NCBI GenBank assembly: GCA_019414685.1
Contig: DXLQ01000001.1
Location: 1,208 to 65,207, forward strand
Reading direction: 5' to 3'
Origin: Collinsella sp.
GTDB lineage: Bacteria; Actinomycetota; Coriobacteriia; Coriobacteriales; Coriobacteriaceae
DNA: 64,000 nucleotides
The notes beneath the pieces were generated by a model. That model was not told the DNA's origin. It worked only from the letters and a program-made list of their open reading frames with translations, and ran no database searches. The translations under genes were made by a program, and so were the position numbers. This document shows positions 1-9,650 of the stretch, one piece after another. Positions within the stretch are counted from its first letter, which is position 1, and each line of letters opens with the position of its first letter.

Positions 1-406
1 GGTCGAGATTGACGGGCACAAATACGTCGACGGCGGTGTGGCCGATTCGGTTCCTATCGAGCACGTGCTGGAGGAGGCGGGCTTCGATCGCGCGGTTGTC
101 ATTGTCACGCAGGACCGCTCGTACGAGAAAAAGCCCTACGAGTTTATGCCTGCCGCGCGCGCCCGCTATGCCGACTACCCCTATCTGCTCGAGGCTATCG
201 AGACGCGCCACGACCGTTACAACATCCAGCGCATGCACCTGTGGAAGTATGAGCGCGAGGGCCGTGCGTTGGTCGTCGCTCCGCAAAAGCCGGTCGAGGT
301 CGGCCATGTCGAGCGCGATTCGGCAAAGCTTTTGGACCTGTATATCCAGGGCCGTCAGGAGGCAAAGCGTCTGCTCGCGGAAATCCAAGAGTTCGTTGAG
401 CGCTAA
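1..406 (+). CDS. Patatin-like phospholipase family protein (DUF6363-type C-terminus), 5' end outside window
   Basis: Frame open from position 2 reads VEIDGHKYVDGGVADSVP (patatin DGG motif); C-terminal ...LLDLYIQGRQEA. Confidence 0.75.
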   Translation, partial: VEIDGHKYVDGGVADSVPIEHVLEEAGFDRAVVIVTQDRSYEKKPYEFMPAARARYADYPYLLEAIETRHDRYNIQRMHLWKYEREGRALVVAPQKPVEVGHVERDSAKLLDLYIQGRQEAKRLLAEIQEFVER

Positions 407-505
407 CGACGGCGAACCCTCAAAAAATGGCAACAGCTAAAGAGCTGGAAAATCACGGCTCGTGGATGACATGTGCAGAAACTCTGGTCGGAGCCAAAAT
501 ACCTG

Positions 506-533
506 TTGACTCGTACGGCGAGCGGGGTAATAT
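506..533 (+). promoter_or_regulatory. Sigma-70-type promoter of rplM-rpsI
   Basis: TTGACT (506-511), 16-bp spacer, TAATAT (528-533). Confidence 0.6.
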
Positions 534-534
534 G

Positions 535-570
535 GACGGGTTACTTGCAGAGCCCCGTGAATCTCTGTAA
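535..570 (+). ncRNA. Possible L13 leader (autoregulatory 5' UTR)
   Basis: ACGGG...CCCGT stem containing AGCCCCG directly upstream of rplM; position fits, family match not verified. Confidence 0.3.
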
Positions 571-599
571 CAACACGTACTGTACATGGAGGAGTCTAA

Positions 600-1043
600 G
601 TGATTTCGAAATCGACTCACTACGCCAAGCAGGGCGAGGTCCAGCGCAACTGGGTTCTCGTTGACGCCGATGGTGCTGTCCTGGGCCGTCTTGCCACCCA
701 GATCGCAATGATCCTGCGCGGTAAGAACAAGCCCCAGTTCACGCCCAACAGCGACTGCGGCGACTTCGTTGTCGTCATCAACGCCGATAAGGTCCAGCTT
801 ACCGGTAACAAGGCCGATACGAAGACCTATTATCGCCACAGCGGCTACAACGGCGGCCTCAAGGCTGAGAGCTTCCGCCAGGCTATGGAGAAGCACCCGG
901 AGAAGGTCATCGAGCGCGCCGTTCGCGGTATGCTGCCCAAGACCACCCTCGGCCGTGCCCAGATGACCAAGCTTAAGGTCTACGCTGGTGCCGAGCATCC
1001 GCATGCTGCCCAGAACCCCACGAAGATTGAGCTGGAGGCTTAA
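600..1043 (+). CDS. rplM: 50S ribosomal protein L13
   Basis: [45 protein letters not shown] before GTG. Confidence 0.98.
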   Translation: MISKSTHYAKQGEVQRNWVLVDADGAVLGRLATQIAMILRGKNKPQFTPNSDCGDFVVVINADKVQLTGNKADTKTYYRHSGYNGGLKAESFRQAMEKHPEKVIERAVRGMLPKTTLGRAQMTKLKVYAGAEHPHAAQNPTKIELEA

Positions 1044-1045
1044 AG

Positions 1046-1441
<396 letters not shown>

Positions 1442-1471
1442 GGTTTTATCTCCTTTCGAGATACAATGTAC

Positions 1472-1515
1472 AAGCGGGGCCTGCCGATTCCTCGGCGGGT
1501 CCCGCTTTTCTTTTT
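1472..1515 (+). terminator. Intrinsic terminator after rpsI
   Basis: AAGCGGGGCCTGCCGA / TCGGCGGGTCCCGCTT stem followed by T-tract. Confidence 0.8.
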
Positions 1516-1564
1516 CGACTAGGGTGGGCGGTTGCATATCGCCTACTAGGGAAGGAGCGATCCT

Positions 1565-2902
1565 ATGCCCCAGAACATCTTCGGCACCGATGGCGTCCGT
1601 GGCGTCGCCAACGCCGATCTTTCGTGCGACCTCGCGTTTCGCCTGGGCCGCGCGGCGACCAAGTTTCTTGGTCCGGACATCTGCATCGGCCGTGACACGC
1701 GCCTTTCGGGCACCATGCTCGAGAGTGCTCTGACCGCCGGCATTATGGCCGAGGGCGGCCGCCCGCACTGCTGCGGCGTTATCCCTACGCCGGCCGTGGC
1801 GCTGCTCACCGTCCAAAACGAGCTCGATGGCGGCATCGTCATTTCTGCTTCGCATAATCCGCCGGAGTTCAACGGCATCAAGTTCTTTAGCCGCAAGGGC
1901 ATGAAGCTTCCCGACGCGGTTGAGGAAGAGATCAGCGCCTGGGTCATGTCCGAGGAGGCCATGGCTGCCGACACGCTGCCGACCGGCGCCGGTGTGGGTC
2001 ACATCATCAAGATGAAGGACGCCCGCAAGGCATATGTCGATCATGCCATCAGCACGCTCGACGGCCTTAAGCTCGACGGCCTGGTTGTTGCCGTCGACTG
2101 CGGTCACGGTGCTTCCTGCCAGACCACGCCCGCCGCGCTGCAGCGCCTGGGCGCCACGGTCCATGCCATCAACACCGATTACTGCGGCACTGACATTAAC
2201 GTTGAGTGTGGCTCCACGCACCTTGAGCCCCTGCGCGAGCTCGTGCTGCGCACCCATGCTGACATCGGTCTGGCCCACGACGGCGACGCCGACCGCGTGC
2301 TGTTCGTGGACAGCGAGGGCAATGAGATCGACGGTGACTACATCCTGGCTATCTGCGGATCTGACCTCGCCGCTCGCGGCAAGCTCGCCAACTCCGAGAT
2401 CGTCTCGACCGTCATGTGCAACCTGGGCTTCTCCATCGCTATGAAGGAGCAGGGCTTCGAGATGGTCCAGACCGCCGTGGGCGACCGCTACGTTCTGGAG
2501 CGCATGCTCGCGGACGGCGCCGTCATCGGCGGCGAACAGTCCGGCCACATCATCTTCCTGGAGCACAACACCACCGGTGACGGCCTGGTGACGGCTCTGC
2601 AGCTGCTGGCCGTGCTCAAGCGCACCGGTCGTACCCTCACCGACCTTGCCGGCATCATGAAGAAGTACCCGCAGGTGCTCGTCAACGTGCATTCCGACAA
2701 CAAGGCTGGTCTGGACGATTGCCAGCCCATCTGGGATGCCGTCGCTGCTGCCGAGAAGGAGCTTGACGGCCGCGGCCGCATTCTGGTGCGCCCGAGCGGT
2801 ACCGAGCCGCTGGTCCGCGTGATGGCCGAGGCCGAGACGCACGAGCTGACCCAGCGTGTTGTCGACGACATCGTCGAGGTTGTCAAGCGCGAACTTCCCT
2901 AA
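1565..2902 (+). CDS. glmM: Phosphoglucosamine mutase
   Basis: FGTDGVRG, ISASHNP phosphoserine motif, DGDADR, GGEQSGH, VRPSGTEP. Confidence 0.96.
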   Translation: MPQNIFGTDGVRGVANADLSCDLAFRLGRAATKFLGPDICIGRDTRLSGTMLESALTAGIMAEGGRPHCCGVIPTPAVALLTVQNELDGGIVISASHNPPEFNGIKFFSRKGMKLPDAVEEEISAWVMSEEAMAADTLPTGAGVGHIIKMKDARKAYVDHAISTLDGLKLDGLVVAVDCGHGASCQTTPAALQRLGATVHAINTDYCGTDINVECGSTHLEPLRELVLRTHADIGLAHDGDADRVLFVDSEGNEIDGDYILAICGSDLAARGKLANSEIVSTVMCNLGFSIAMKEQGFEMVQTAVGDRYVLERMLADGAVIGGEQSGHIIFLEHNTTGDGLVTALQLLAVLKRTGRTLTDLAGIMKKYPQVLVNVHSDNKAGLDDCQPIWDAVAAAEKELDGRGRILVRPSGTEPLVRVMAEAETHELTQRVVDDIVEVVKRELP

Positions 2903-2973
2903 TGGTCAAAAACGGGTGCCAAGTGGTAAACTGTTAAAGCTATTTTGGTTGATTGGTATGTCCGAGGGGGATC

Positions 2974-3471
2974 ATGTTCACTAAAGTCCTAAGGTCTTTT
3001 GGTATGCGTGGTCGAGTCCTTACGCTGGATGCTCCCATCTCGGGCGACGTCATTCCGTTGTCCGAGGTCAATGACCAGACATTTGCCACCGGCCTTTTGG
3101 GCCAGGGCGTGGCGATTCAGCCTACGGGTACGCGCGTGATTGCGCCGGCAGACGCCAAGGTCGAGGCCATTTTTCCCACGGGACACGCCGTTGCGCTTAA
3201 CACGGTCGATGGCTTGGACGTGCTTATTCACGTTGGTTTGGACACTGTTCAGCTCGAGGGCAAGCACTTTACCGTACATGCGCAAGTGGGTGACATCGTC
3301 CATAAGGGCGATGTACTCATCGAGTTCGATCGCGAGGCAATTGCTGCCGAGGGCTACGATGTGACGGTTCCCATCTTGGTGTGCAACTCCGTTGAGTTCT
3401 CGAGCATTAAGGGCTCCGTTGGAGAGCACGTCGAGGAGATGGACCAACTCATCGTCGCTCGCGAGCGCTAG
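2974..3471 (+). CDS. Stand-alone PTS glucose-family EIIA component
   Basis: APISG, IFPTGHA, LIHVGLDTVQL EIIA-Glc motifs; ATG 2974 after GAGGGGG. Confidence 0.9.
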   Translation: MFTKVLRSFGMRGRVLTLDAPISGDVIPLSEVNDQTFATGLLGQGVAIQPTGTRVIAPADAKVEAIFPTGHAVALNTVDGLDVLIHVGLDTVQLEGKHFTVHAQVGDIVHKGDVLIEFDREAIAAEGYDVTVPILVCNSVEFSSIKGSVGEHVEEMDQLIVARER

Positions 3472-3511
3472 TGAGCGCGCTCGGCCTTTAGCCTACAATT
3501 CAAACACGTTT

Positions 3512-3545
3512 ACGGAGGGCGCCCTTGAAAGAGGGCGCCCTCCGT
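3512..3545. terminator. Strong hairpin after PTS EIIA
   Basis: ACGGAGGGCGCCCT / AGGGCGCCCTCCGT perfect stem. Confidence 0.65.
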
Positions 3546-3743
3546 GGCAAGATGGGAAACGTCCGAGGCTAAACAGCTTTGGGTCACCGTGGACGGGCAG
3601 GGGCCTCGACGCGGCTAGACACGAGACACATACATTACGCGACCTCGCCCTGGTGGCCGCACACGTTGGTTGCGGCCGACGCGGGCCGCGGGCAAGTGCT
3701 TGTAAGGGGAGCCTTGCCTCTTTTGTACGAGAAAGGACGCGTA

Positions 3744-4472
3744 ATGAAGATCATTAAAGCTAAAGACTACGAGGATATGAGCCGTAAGGCCGCCAATATC
3801 ATCTCGGCCCAGGTTATCCTCAAGCCCGATTGCGTACTGGGTCTTGCCACTGGCTCCACCCCGATTGGCGCCTACAAGCAGCTCGCCGCTTGGTACGAGA
3901 AGGGCGACGTCGACTTTGCCGAGGTCAGCACCTACAACCTGGACGAGTATCGCGGTCTTTCGCACGACGATCCCCAGAGCTATCACTACTTTATGCGCGA
4001 GAACTTCTTCGATCACATCAATATTGATCTGAACAACACACACGTGCCCGATGGCTCCAACCCCGATGCCGCTGCTGCCTGCTCCGAGTACGACAAGATC
4101 GTCGCTGCCGCCGGTTACCCGGATCTGCAGCTGCTCGGCATTGGTAATAACGGTCATATTGGCTTCAACGAGCCCGATGACCACTTCTCCAAGGGTACGC
4201 ACTGCGTCGATCTGACCGAGAGCACCATTCAGGCCAACAGCCGCCTGTTCGACAGCATCGATGATGTGCCCCGTCAGGCTTACACCATGGGCACCCAGAC
4301 CATCATGTATGCCCGCATGATCCTGGTTGTCGCCAACGGTGAGGCCAAGGCTCAGGCTGTGCACGATATGTGCTATGGCCCGGTTACGCCCGAGTGCCCC
4401 GCTTCGATCCTGCAGCTCCACACCAATTGCGTCGTCGTTGCTGACGAGGCCGCTCTTTCGCTCTGCGAGTAA
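3744..4472 (+). CDS. nagB: Glucosamine-6-phosphate deaminase
   Basis: LGLATGSTP, NLDEY, LLGIGNNGHIGFNEP; ATG 3744 after GAAAGGA. Confidence 0.96.
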   Translation: MKIIKAKDYEDMSRKAANIISAQVILKPDCVLGLATGSTPIGAYKQLAAWYEKGDVDFAEVSTYNLDEYRGLSHDDPQSYHYFMRENFFDHINIDLNNTHVPDGSNPDAAAACSEYDKIVAAAGYPDLQLLGIGNNGHIGFNEPDDHFSKGTHCVDLTESTIQANSRLFDSIDDVPRQAYTMGTQTIMYARMILVVANGEAKAQAVHDMCYGPVTPECPASILQLHTNCVVVADEAALSLCE

Positions 4473-4501
4473 CGCGACCAAGCGATCTTACATAGCTTTC
4501 C

Positions 4502-4531
4502 AAAAGGCCCTCGCTTTGCGGGGGCCTTTTT
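4502..4531 (+). terminator. Intrinsic terminator after nagB
   Basis: AAAAGGCCCTCGC / GCGGGGGCCTTTT. Confidence 0.8.
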
Positions 4532-4921
4532 AGTGGATGCGGGCCGTAATGTGTGCATGACGGAAACCTTGCCACATGCTTGGCGAGTGGGCTCTAAATC
4601 ATGAGATTCATTCCGTACCAGATTCTATGCACATTTGCCACTATAGAGTCGCAAGCGGTAGCGAGGAATAGGCGAGTTGCGCAACTCAAATAAAAACAGA
4701 CGACTGCGCTACACTGCAAATTGGATGGGACATGCTGGCAAGCGCATTGACCTGCGCAAAGACCTATTGGTCGGGGGATAAATTACCATCGGGCCTCGCT
4801 GTACAAAAACTTGCCAAACACGTACCGGCAGACAACCAAAAACTCTAAGTCGCGCTATTCACGGGGTGGCTCATATGGTCCTGCAGCTACGGTGTCCATA
4901 TGGTCGAGTTGAGGAGCAGGC

Positions 4922-7918
4922 ATGGTAAACGATCTGGGCAATACGGACGACCTCGAGTTGATGCCGACGGGCGGCGGCTATATGGTGCGGCGCGATCGCT
5001 TGATGAACGAGCTCATCGTTAAAGGGCGCAAGGCAGGAATCGTTCTGCTTTACGCGCCCGACGGGTTTGGTAAGACGTCGGTATTGCTGCAATACGTGCA
5101 GGAAGTTAAATCGGATCCCACGCGAGGGCCGGTTCGGATAATCGAGGCCGACCGCGCGATTGGACGCGAGCTCTTTATGCAGCTCGAGGTTGTCGCCGAT
5201 GAGCTTAAGGACAAACCGCATTCGCTCGTTGCGATCGACAACGTGCCCAATCTCGAGCAGCGCGAAACAGAGGACCTCATCGATCGAATCCGCAGCTTAC
5301 GTGCTACGGGGACGGGGGTCTTTATTACTTGCCGCCCCTCCAACCGATTGCTTATCCACGGGTTGGGCGATTCTGTAAAAGTCAATGCGCAGATGCTCAA
5401 GGTGCACGCCTATGAGTATTCGTCATGGGCTACGGCGTTTTCGATCAGTACATCGCTCGATTTTTATCGGCTCACGCAGGGTGTGCCAGAGCTGGTATCT
5501 GCCCTGCAGACGGGAATGTATGGACAGGGCGATGTTGCCGGGTTGCTCGAGAACGAAATCGTCAACGTGTACGGTGCGGCGCTGGCAGATCTCGCATCGC
5601 TCGAGAACAACCTGTTGTTTACCGTTGCCTGCTTGATGGTGCTGATGGGCGAGGGTCGCATTGCGGAGCTAGAGGCGTGCGGTGTAAGGCTTTCGATGAT
5701 CGACCAGTCCATCTTTGTGCGCGATTATCCGTTTTTTGGCGTGGATCCGTCTGATCGCACCTTTAGGTGTTTGGGCGCTAAGGACAACGCGCGCCTGAGG
5801 CTGCGAAAGCTCGTTGCCGAGATCCGTCCCGAACTTGTATCGCGGGCTGCTCGCATTTTGATTAAGGCGGGCCGATGCGATTTGGCTATGGACCTGGCCG
5901 ATGCGTTCTTGGACCGCCATGTGGTGTTGGAACTTGCCGGGCAGTATGGGGCCGATCTTGCCCTGACCGGGCACGGAGGGGACATTTGCCGCGCGGCGAC
6001 GGCGATGGTCAATGCGGAAAAGCAGGAGAAAGAGCCGGCACCCGCCGAGGCGCTCGGCGTGTATCTGGCGGCTGTCAGCGTGTGCAATACAAAGCTCGCA
6101 AGGTATATGGCGTCCGTTATCGAACGTGCGGGCGATCAGGCGGCGCGCGAGCTCGACCCCGCTACCTGGAAAATAGCACAGGCGCTCACTATCGCCTTTT
6201 ACGGCGACAATGACCTGGGGCTTCCCGCCAACCCTGTTGTGCAAGAACAGACATCCTGCGAGGTGCTCGACATGCTGTCCGCGCATATCGAGGTCAAGCG
6301 CCACCTAACCGAGCGAGCGAAAGACGGCAATGTTCTCGCGAAGCTCAAGGCGCGCAAAGCCTATGATTGCGAGCTCGACATCGCGGGGATTCTCATACAG
6401 GCCGACCATATGCTGGTGGAGCTGTTCGACGGCTCGTTTGCTAAACCCGACGAGCGCGATGACAAGATGGCGCAGATACTCGAGGCGCTCGATATCCGCG
6501 GGCTTAAGGCGCCATCCATTTGGCTGCGTATGGTGCTGGCGGCGCGGCGCCTGCTCGCGGGCTTGCCCGTGACCGACGATGTGGCGTTTGGCGAGCTCGA
6601 CCGCTTTGCGGTGCGTGTTCGCGACAATCAAATTCAGCTGTTTGGGCTATTGCTGGAGGGCTGGCAATCGCTGGCGGAGGGGCGGCCAGTCAACGCAAAG
6701 TTCCGTGCGGTCCAGGTGCTCAAGCTCGCCGACGAATCGATTACGTACATGCGCGAAAACGCTTTGCTGCTGGAGCGCGTGGCGTATCTGCGCAATACGT
6801 CGCTGGTATCGGTTCGCGAAGAGGCGGAGCTGCTCGATATTAGCAAGACGCAGGTCGGTGGCTCAGAAGCCTGGGTCGTGGCGCTGCATTTGGCCTGTGC
6901 GGGCCGAGACAGCGACCTTGCGGCCTGGATGTCCATGAATCGTGCGGGGATTCTAGAGCCATCGTATCGGCTCTTTGCGCGCCTTGCCATGCATTGTCTG
7001 GGCGAGCCGGCGGGCAGGATACGCAAGAAGCTTCCCGTGCGCGAGCTGTCGCGGTACTCGCTGCGCGACGATTTGGAAGGGGAGGGCGAGCGTCTGTTCC
7101 AGGCTGGCGAGGTTGAAGCCGTTGATACCATCGACCATATCGAGATTCGCATGTTTGGTGCGTTTCGCGCCGAGCGCGACGGGTTTCCCATCACGGACAA
7201 AATGTGGCGCCGCAAGAAGGCGGCGACACTTGCCGAGCGGCTTGCGCTGGGCATGGATGCGCTCGTCGATCGTGAGACGCTGGCCATGGAGCTGTGGCCC
7301 CATGCCGAGTTCAATAGCGCCCGCAACAACCTGTACTCGACGATATCGCGCTTGCGGTCGGCCTTGGGGCCGACGCCAGACGGCAAGTCGTGCGTGCTCA
7401 TCCAAAATGAATGCATCGGACTCAACGGCGACTACGTCAAGACCGATGTACGGCTGTTTGACCAGATAAGCCGCGAGGTTTTGGGAAATCGCACGGGTGC
7501 GCGCGGGCCCCATTTAGTTGAACTGTGCCTTAAGATTGAGCAGCTTTATGCCGGACCGCTGTATGTTCCCAATGGCTGTAATCCCACCTACTTTTTGCGT
7601 ATGCGACGCATTATGCAGTCAAAGTACATCGATTGCATGATTAAGGGGGCCAATGCCGCTCTAGAAGAAAACGATCTGCAGTCGGCGATTTGGCTGGCGG
7701 AGTCGGGGCTTCGGCAGGAAACGGCGCGCGAGGATATGGTGCGCTGCGCCATGCGCGTCTACAGTGCGGCGGGGCGGCGGCGCGATATCGTCGAGCTATA
7801 CAGCGGGCATATGCACCATCTGAGGGAGCAGGTCAATGGCGTGCCCGAGCCCGAGACGCGGCGTCTATACGAGCGCTTGGTGGAGGGGCGGCTCAATCGC
7901 GTGCTGGTCGAGCGATAA
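4922..7918 (+). CDS. Large transcriptional regulator: N-terminal MalT-like P-loop region, C-terminal winged helix plus BTAD (SARP-like)
   Basis: Walker-A-like APDGFGKT; C-terminal IRMFGAF, LWPHAEFNSARNNLYSTISRLRSAL, REDMVRCAMRVY, GVPEPETRRLY. Confidence 0.75.
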   Translation: MVNDLGNTDDLELMPTGGGYMVRRDRLMNELIVKGRKAGIVLLYAPDGFGKTSVLLQYVQEVKSDPTRGPVRIIEADRAIGRELFMQLEVVADELKDKPHSLVAIDNVPNLEQRETEDLIDRIRSLRATGTGVFITCRPSNRLLIHGLGDSVKVNAQMLKVHAYEYSSWATAFSISTSLDFYRLTQGVPELVSALQTGMYGQGDVAGLLENEIVNVYGAALADLASLENNLLFTVACLMVLMGEGRIAELEACGVRLSMIDQSIFVRDYPFFGVDPSDRTFRCLGAKDNARLRLRKLVAEIRPELVSRAARILIKAGRCDLAMDLADAFLDRHVVLELAGQYGADLALTGHGGDICRAATAMVNAEKQEKEPAPAEALGVYLAAVSVCNTKLARYMASVIERAGDQAARELDPATWKIAQALTIAFYGDNDLGLPANPVVQEQTSCEVLDMLSAHIEVKRHLTERAKDGNVLAKLKARKAYDCELDIAGILIQADHMLVELFDGSFAKPDERDDKMAQILEALDIRGLKAPSIWLRMVLAARRLLAGLPVTDDVAFGELDRFAVRVRDNQIQLFGLLLEGWQSLAEGRPVNAKFRAVQVLKLADESITYMRENALLLERVAYLRNTSLVSVREEAELLDISKTQVGGSEAWVVALHLACAGRDSDLAAWMSMNRAGILEPSYRLFARLAMHCLGEPAGRIRKKLPVRELSRYSLRDDLEGEGERLFQAGEVEAVDTIDHIEIRMFGAFRAERDGFPITDKMWRRKKAATLAERLALGMDALVDRETLAMELWPHAEFNSARNNLYSTISRLRSALGPTPDGKSCVLIQNECIGLNGDYVKTDVRLFDQISREVLGNRTGARGPHLVELCLKIEQLYAGPLYVPNGCNPTYFLRMRRIMQSKYIDCMIKGANAALEENDLQSAIWLAESGLRQETAREDMVRCAMRVYSAAGRRRDIVELYSGHMHHLREQVNGVPEPETRRLYERLVEGRLNRVLVER

Positions 7919-7921
7919 AAA

Positions 7922-7950
7922 ACGGGCGCCCAAAGTACTTGGGCACCCGT
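7922..7950. terminator. Hairpin between convergent genes (bidirectional terminator candidate)
   Basis: ACGGGCGCCCAA / TTGGGCACCCGT. Confidence 0.6.
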
Positions 7951-7987
7951 AAGCTTGCTATGTGTTGGCTCGCCGGATCATTGGCTC

Positions 7988-8287
7988 TTAGACGAGCTTG
8001 ATCTTCTCGATGTCCTTGCGTGAGGACTCGCGATACAGCGAGAACTTGCGGCCGATGACCTGGACGACCTCGGCGTGGCAGCGCTCAGCGAGCTCTTCGG
8101 CGGCCTCGCGGGCAGAAAGGCTGGAGCCGTCCAGCACGGAGCACTTAACGAGCTCGTGCTTCTCCAGGTAGGCAACCGTCTGCTCGACGGTGCCCTCGTT
8201 GACATCGGACTTACCGATGATGATGGCGGGGTTGAGGTGATGGGCCATGCTGCGAAGCTGCTTGACCTGGGCTCCTGTCAGTGCCAT
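7988..8287 (-). CDS. yhbY: YhbY/CRM-domain RNA-binding protein
   Basis: LTGAQVKQLRSMAHHLNP..IIGK, HELVK, VQVIG...LYR. Confidence 0.9.
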   Translation of the reverse strand: MALTGAQVKQLRSMAHHLNPAIIIGKSDVNEGTVEQTVAYLEKHELVKCSVLDGSSLSAREAAEELAERCHAEVVQVIGRKFSLYRESSRKDIEKIKLV

Positions 8288-8445
8288 GGGTTCTCGCTTT
8301 CTATGTATGGGGCGCCCCGCAATGGGGCCTTAATCTACGTGAGCTGTCCCACGATAGCGCAGGAACGGCGCGGTGTGGAGCGCGTTTGCCCAGTTCGCAA
8401 AGAATGCGGATGCCGGGCGGGAAGACGATGCAAGCTTTAGATGGG

Positions 8446-9333
8446 CTACGGGCGGGGTATGGAGACCGGCTCCCATGCAATAAACGCCCAACGGACCTTG
8501 CGGACGTGGTCGAGCATGTAACGCCCCTGCGGTACGCCCTTGGACCCTGGCTCGCCGGCATGGGGATTCTCAATCATATGCTGAGCGACGTAGTCGCGTA
8601 GACGGTCAATCTTATCCTCGTTACCGTGCTCGAGCATGCGGGAGAAGTCCGCCACTCCCGCCTCAAGGCTATCGAAGGTATCGCGACGAGGCGATTCAAA
8701 GTACGTAACCTGCGGCAGGGCGCCCATCTGAATGAGGATATTGAAGGCATACACAAAGCCATTACTGCGGGTAACCGAGGCACCGATAGCGTTCATCAGG
8801 TGCAGGTCATAGCGCGGGCTGGAGTTGGCGACCATCGTGACAGCACAACGCCGACGAGCCGTACGATCAAGCTTGGCAAGCGCGCCTTTTAGGTTGGTCG
8901 TGGTGACAGAGCGACTGGCAAAGGCAACATCTACCGCTTTCGCGACCGGTCCAACCAAATTCCAGTCATCATCCCAAGCAAGCTCAAGCGGCGTAATAAG
9001 ATCCTCGAGCCCGTAATACTCAATGCCGGCATCAAGCGTGCCCAGCATGGCGGGGGAGAAATCAGCCGCAATCACAGGATGCCCGTCTTGCGCAAGCGGA
9101 ATAGCAATCGACCCAGCCCCACACCCCATATCAAGCACCGATTCACCAGGCTCAAGAGCCAGCAATTTCATAAAATCCCGGGCATACGGAGCAGTCTCAA
9201 GAGGTCGAAAATGTCGAGCCCGCTTATCCCATTCAAAAGAATCATCAGCCCGATGCCGAGCGGCCTGCAGACGCATCCACTCCTGATTCCAATCAGCAGA
9301 AAGAAGCTCAGAGCGAGCATCCCCATCAACCAC
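8446..9333 (-). CDS. Class I SAM-dependent methyltransferase
   Basis: VLDMGCGAG motif I, ADFSPAML; AGGAGG SD before GTG. Confidence 0.85.
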   Translation of the reverse strand: MVDGDARSELLSADWNQEWMRLQAARHRADDSFEWDKRARHFRPLETAPYARDFMKLLALEPGESVLDMGCGAGSIAIPLAQDGHPVIAADFSPAMLGTLDAGIEYYGLEDLITPLELAWDDDWNLVGPVAKAVDVAFASRSVTTTNLKGALAKLDRTARRRCAVTMVANSSPRYDLHLMNAIGASVTRSNGFVYAFNILIQMGALPQVTYFESPRRDTFDSLEAGVADFSRMLEHGNEDKIDRLRDYVAQHMIENPHAGEPGSKGVPQGRYMLDHVRKVRWAFIAWEPVSIPRP

Positions 9334-9499
9334 GGGCTAACCTCCTAGCAACAAAAAAGCGACTCCCCCCCAAAAGAAGAGCCGCAACCAGCATATATCA
9401 GAAAGAACCGATCCAACGCCAAACCGTCGCACCAGCCTAGTGGTGCAGGAGCGAAGCAACTGCAACCGGGATAGAGCCCAACCGAGGTCCCGTTGTGCG

Positions 9500-9633
9500 G
9501 GAGCCCCGGGGAGGGCAAATATATAAGGTCGATCGCGAGTTCCGCACGAGCCGGAGAGCACTTAATGTGCTCTCCGTGCGAGTCAGGACTGTCCGAGCAG
9601 GCGACCTTATATATTTGCCCTCCCCGGGGCTCC
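9500..9633. repeat. 134-bp palindromic element with perfect 32-bp inverted arms (REP/MITE-like)
   Basis: GGAGCCCCGGGGAGGGCAAATATATAAGGTCG (9500-9531) and its exact reverse complement (9602-9633); inner hairpin CGGAGAGCAC-TTAAT-GTGCTCTCCG. Confidence 0.85.
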
Positions 9634-9650
9634 TCGCCAGTCCCCCTCAG

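Noticed and set aside
3590..3740. glmS ribozyme near glmM/nagB
   Set aside because: Conserved catalytic core not found and no glmS gene follows.
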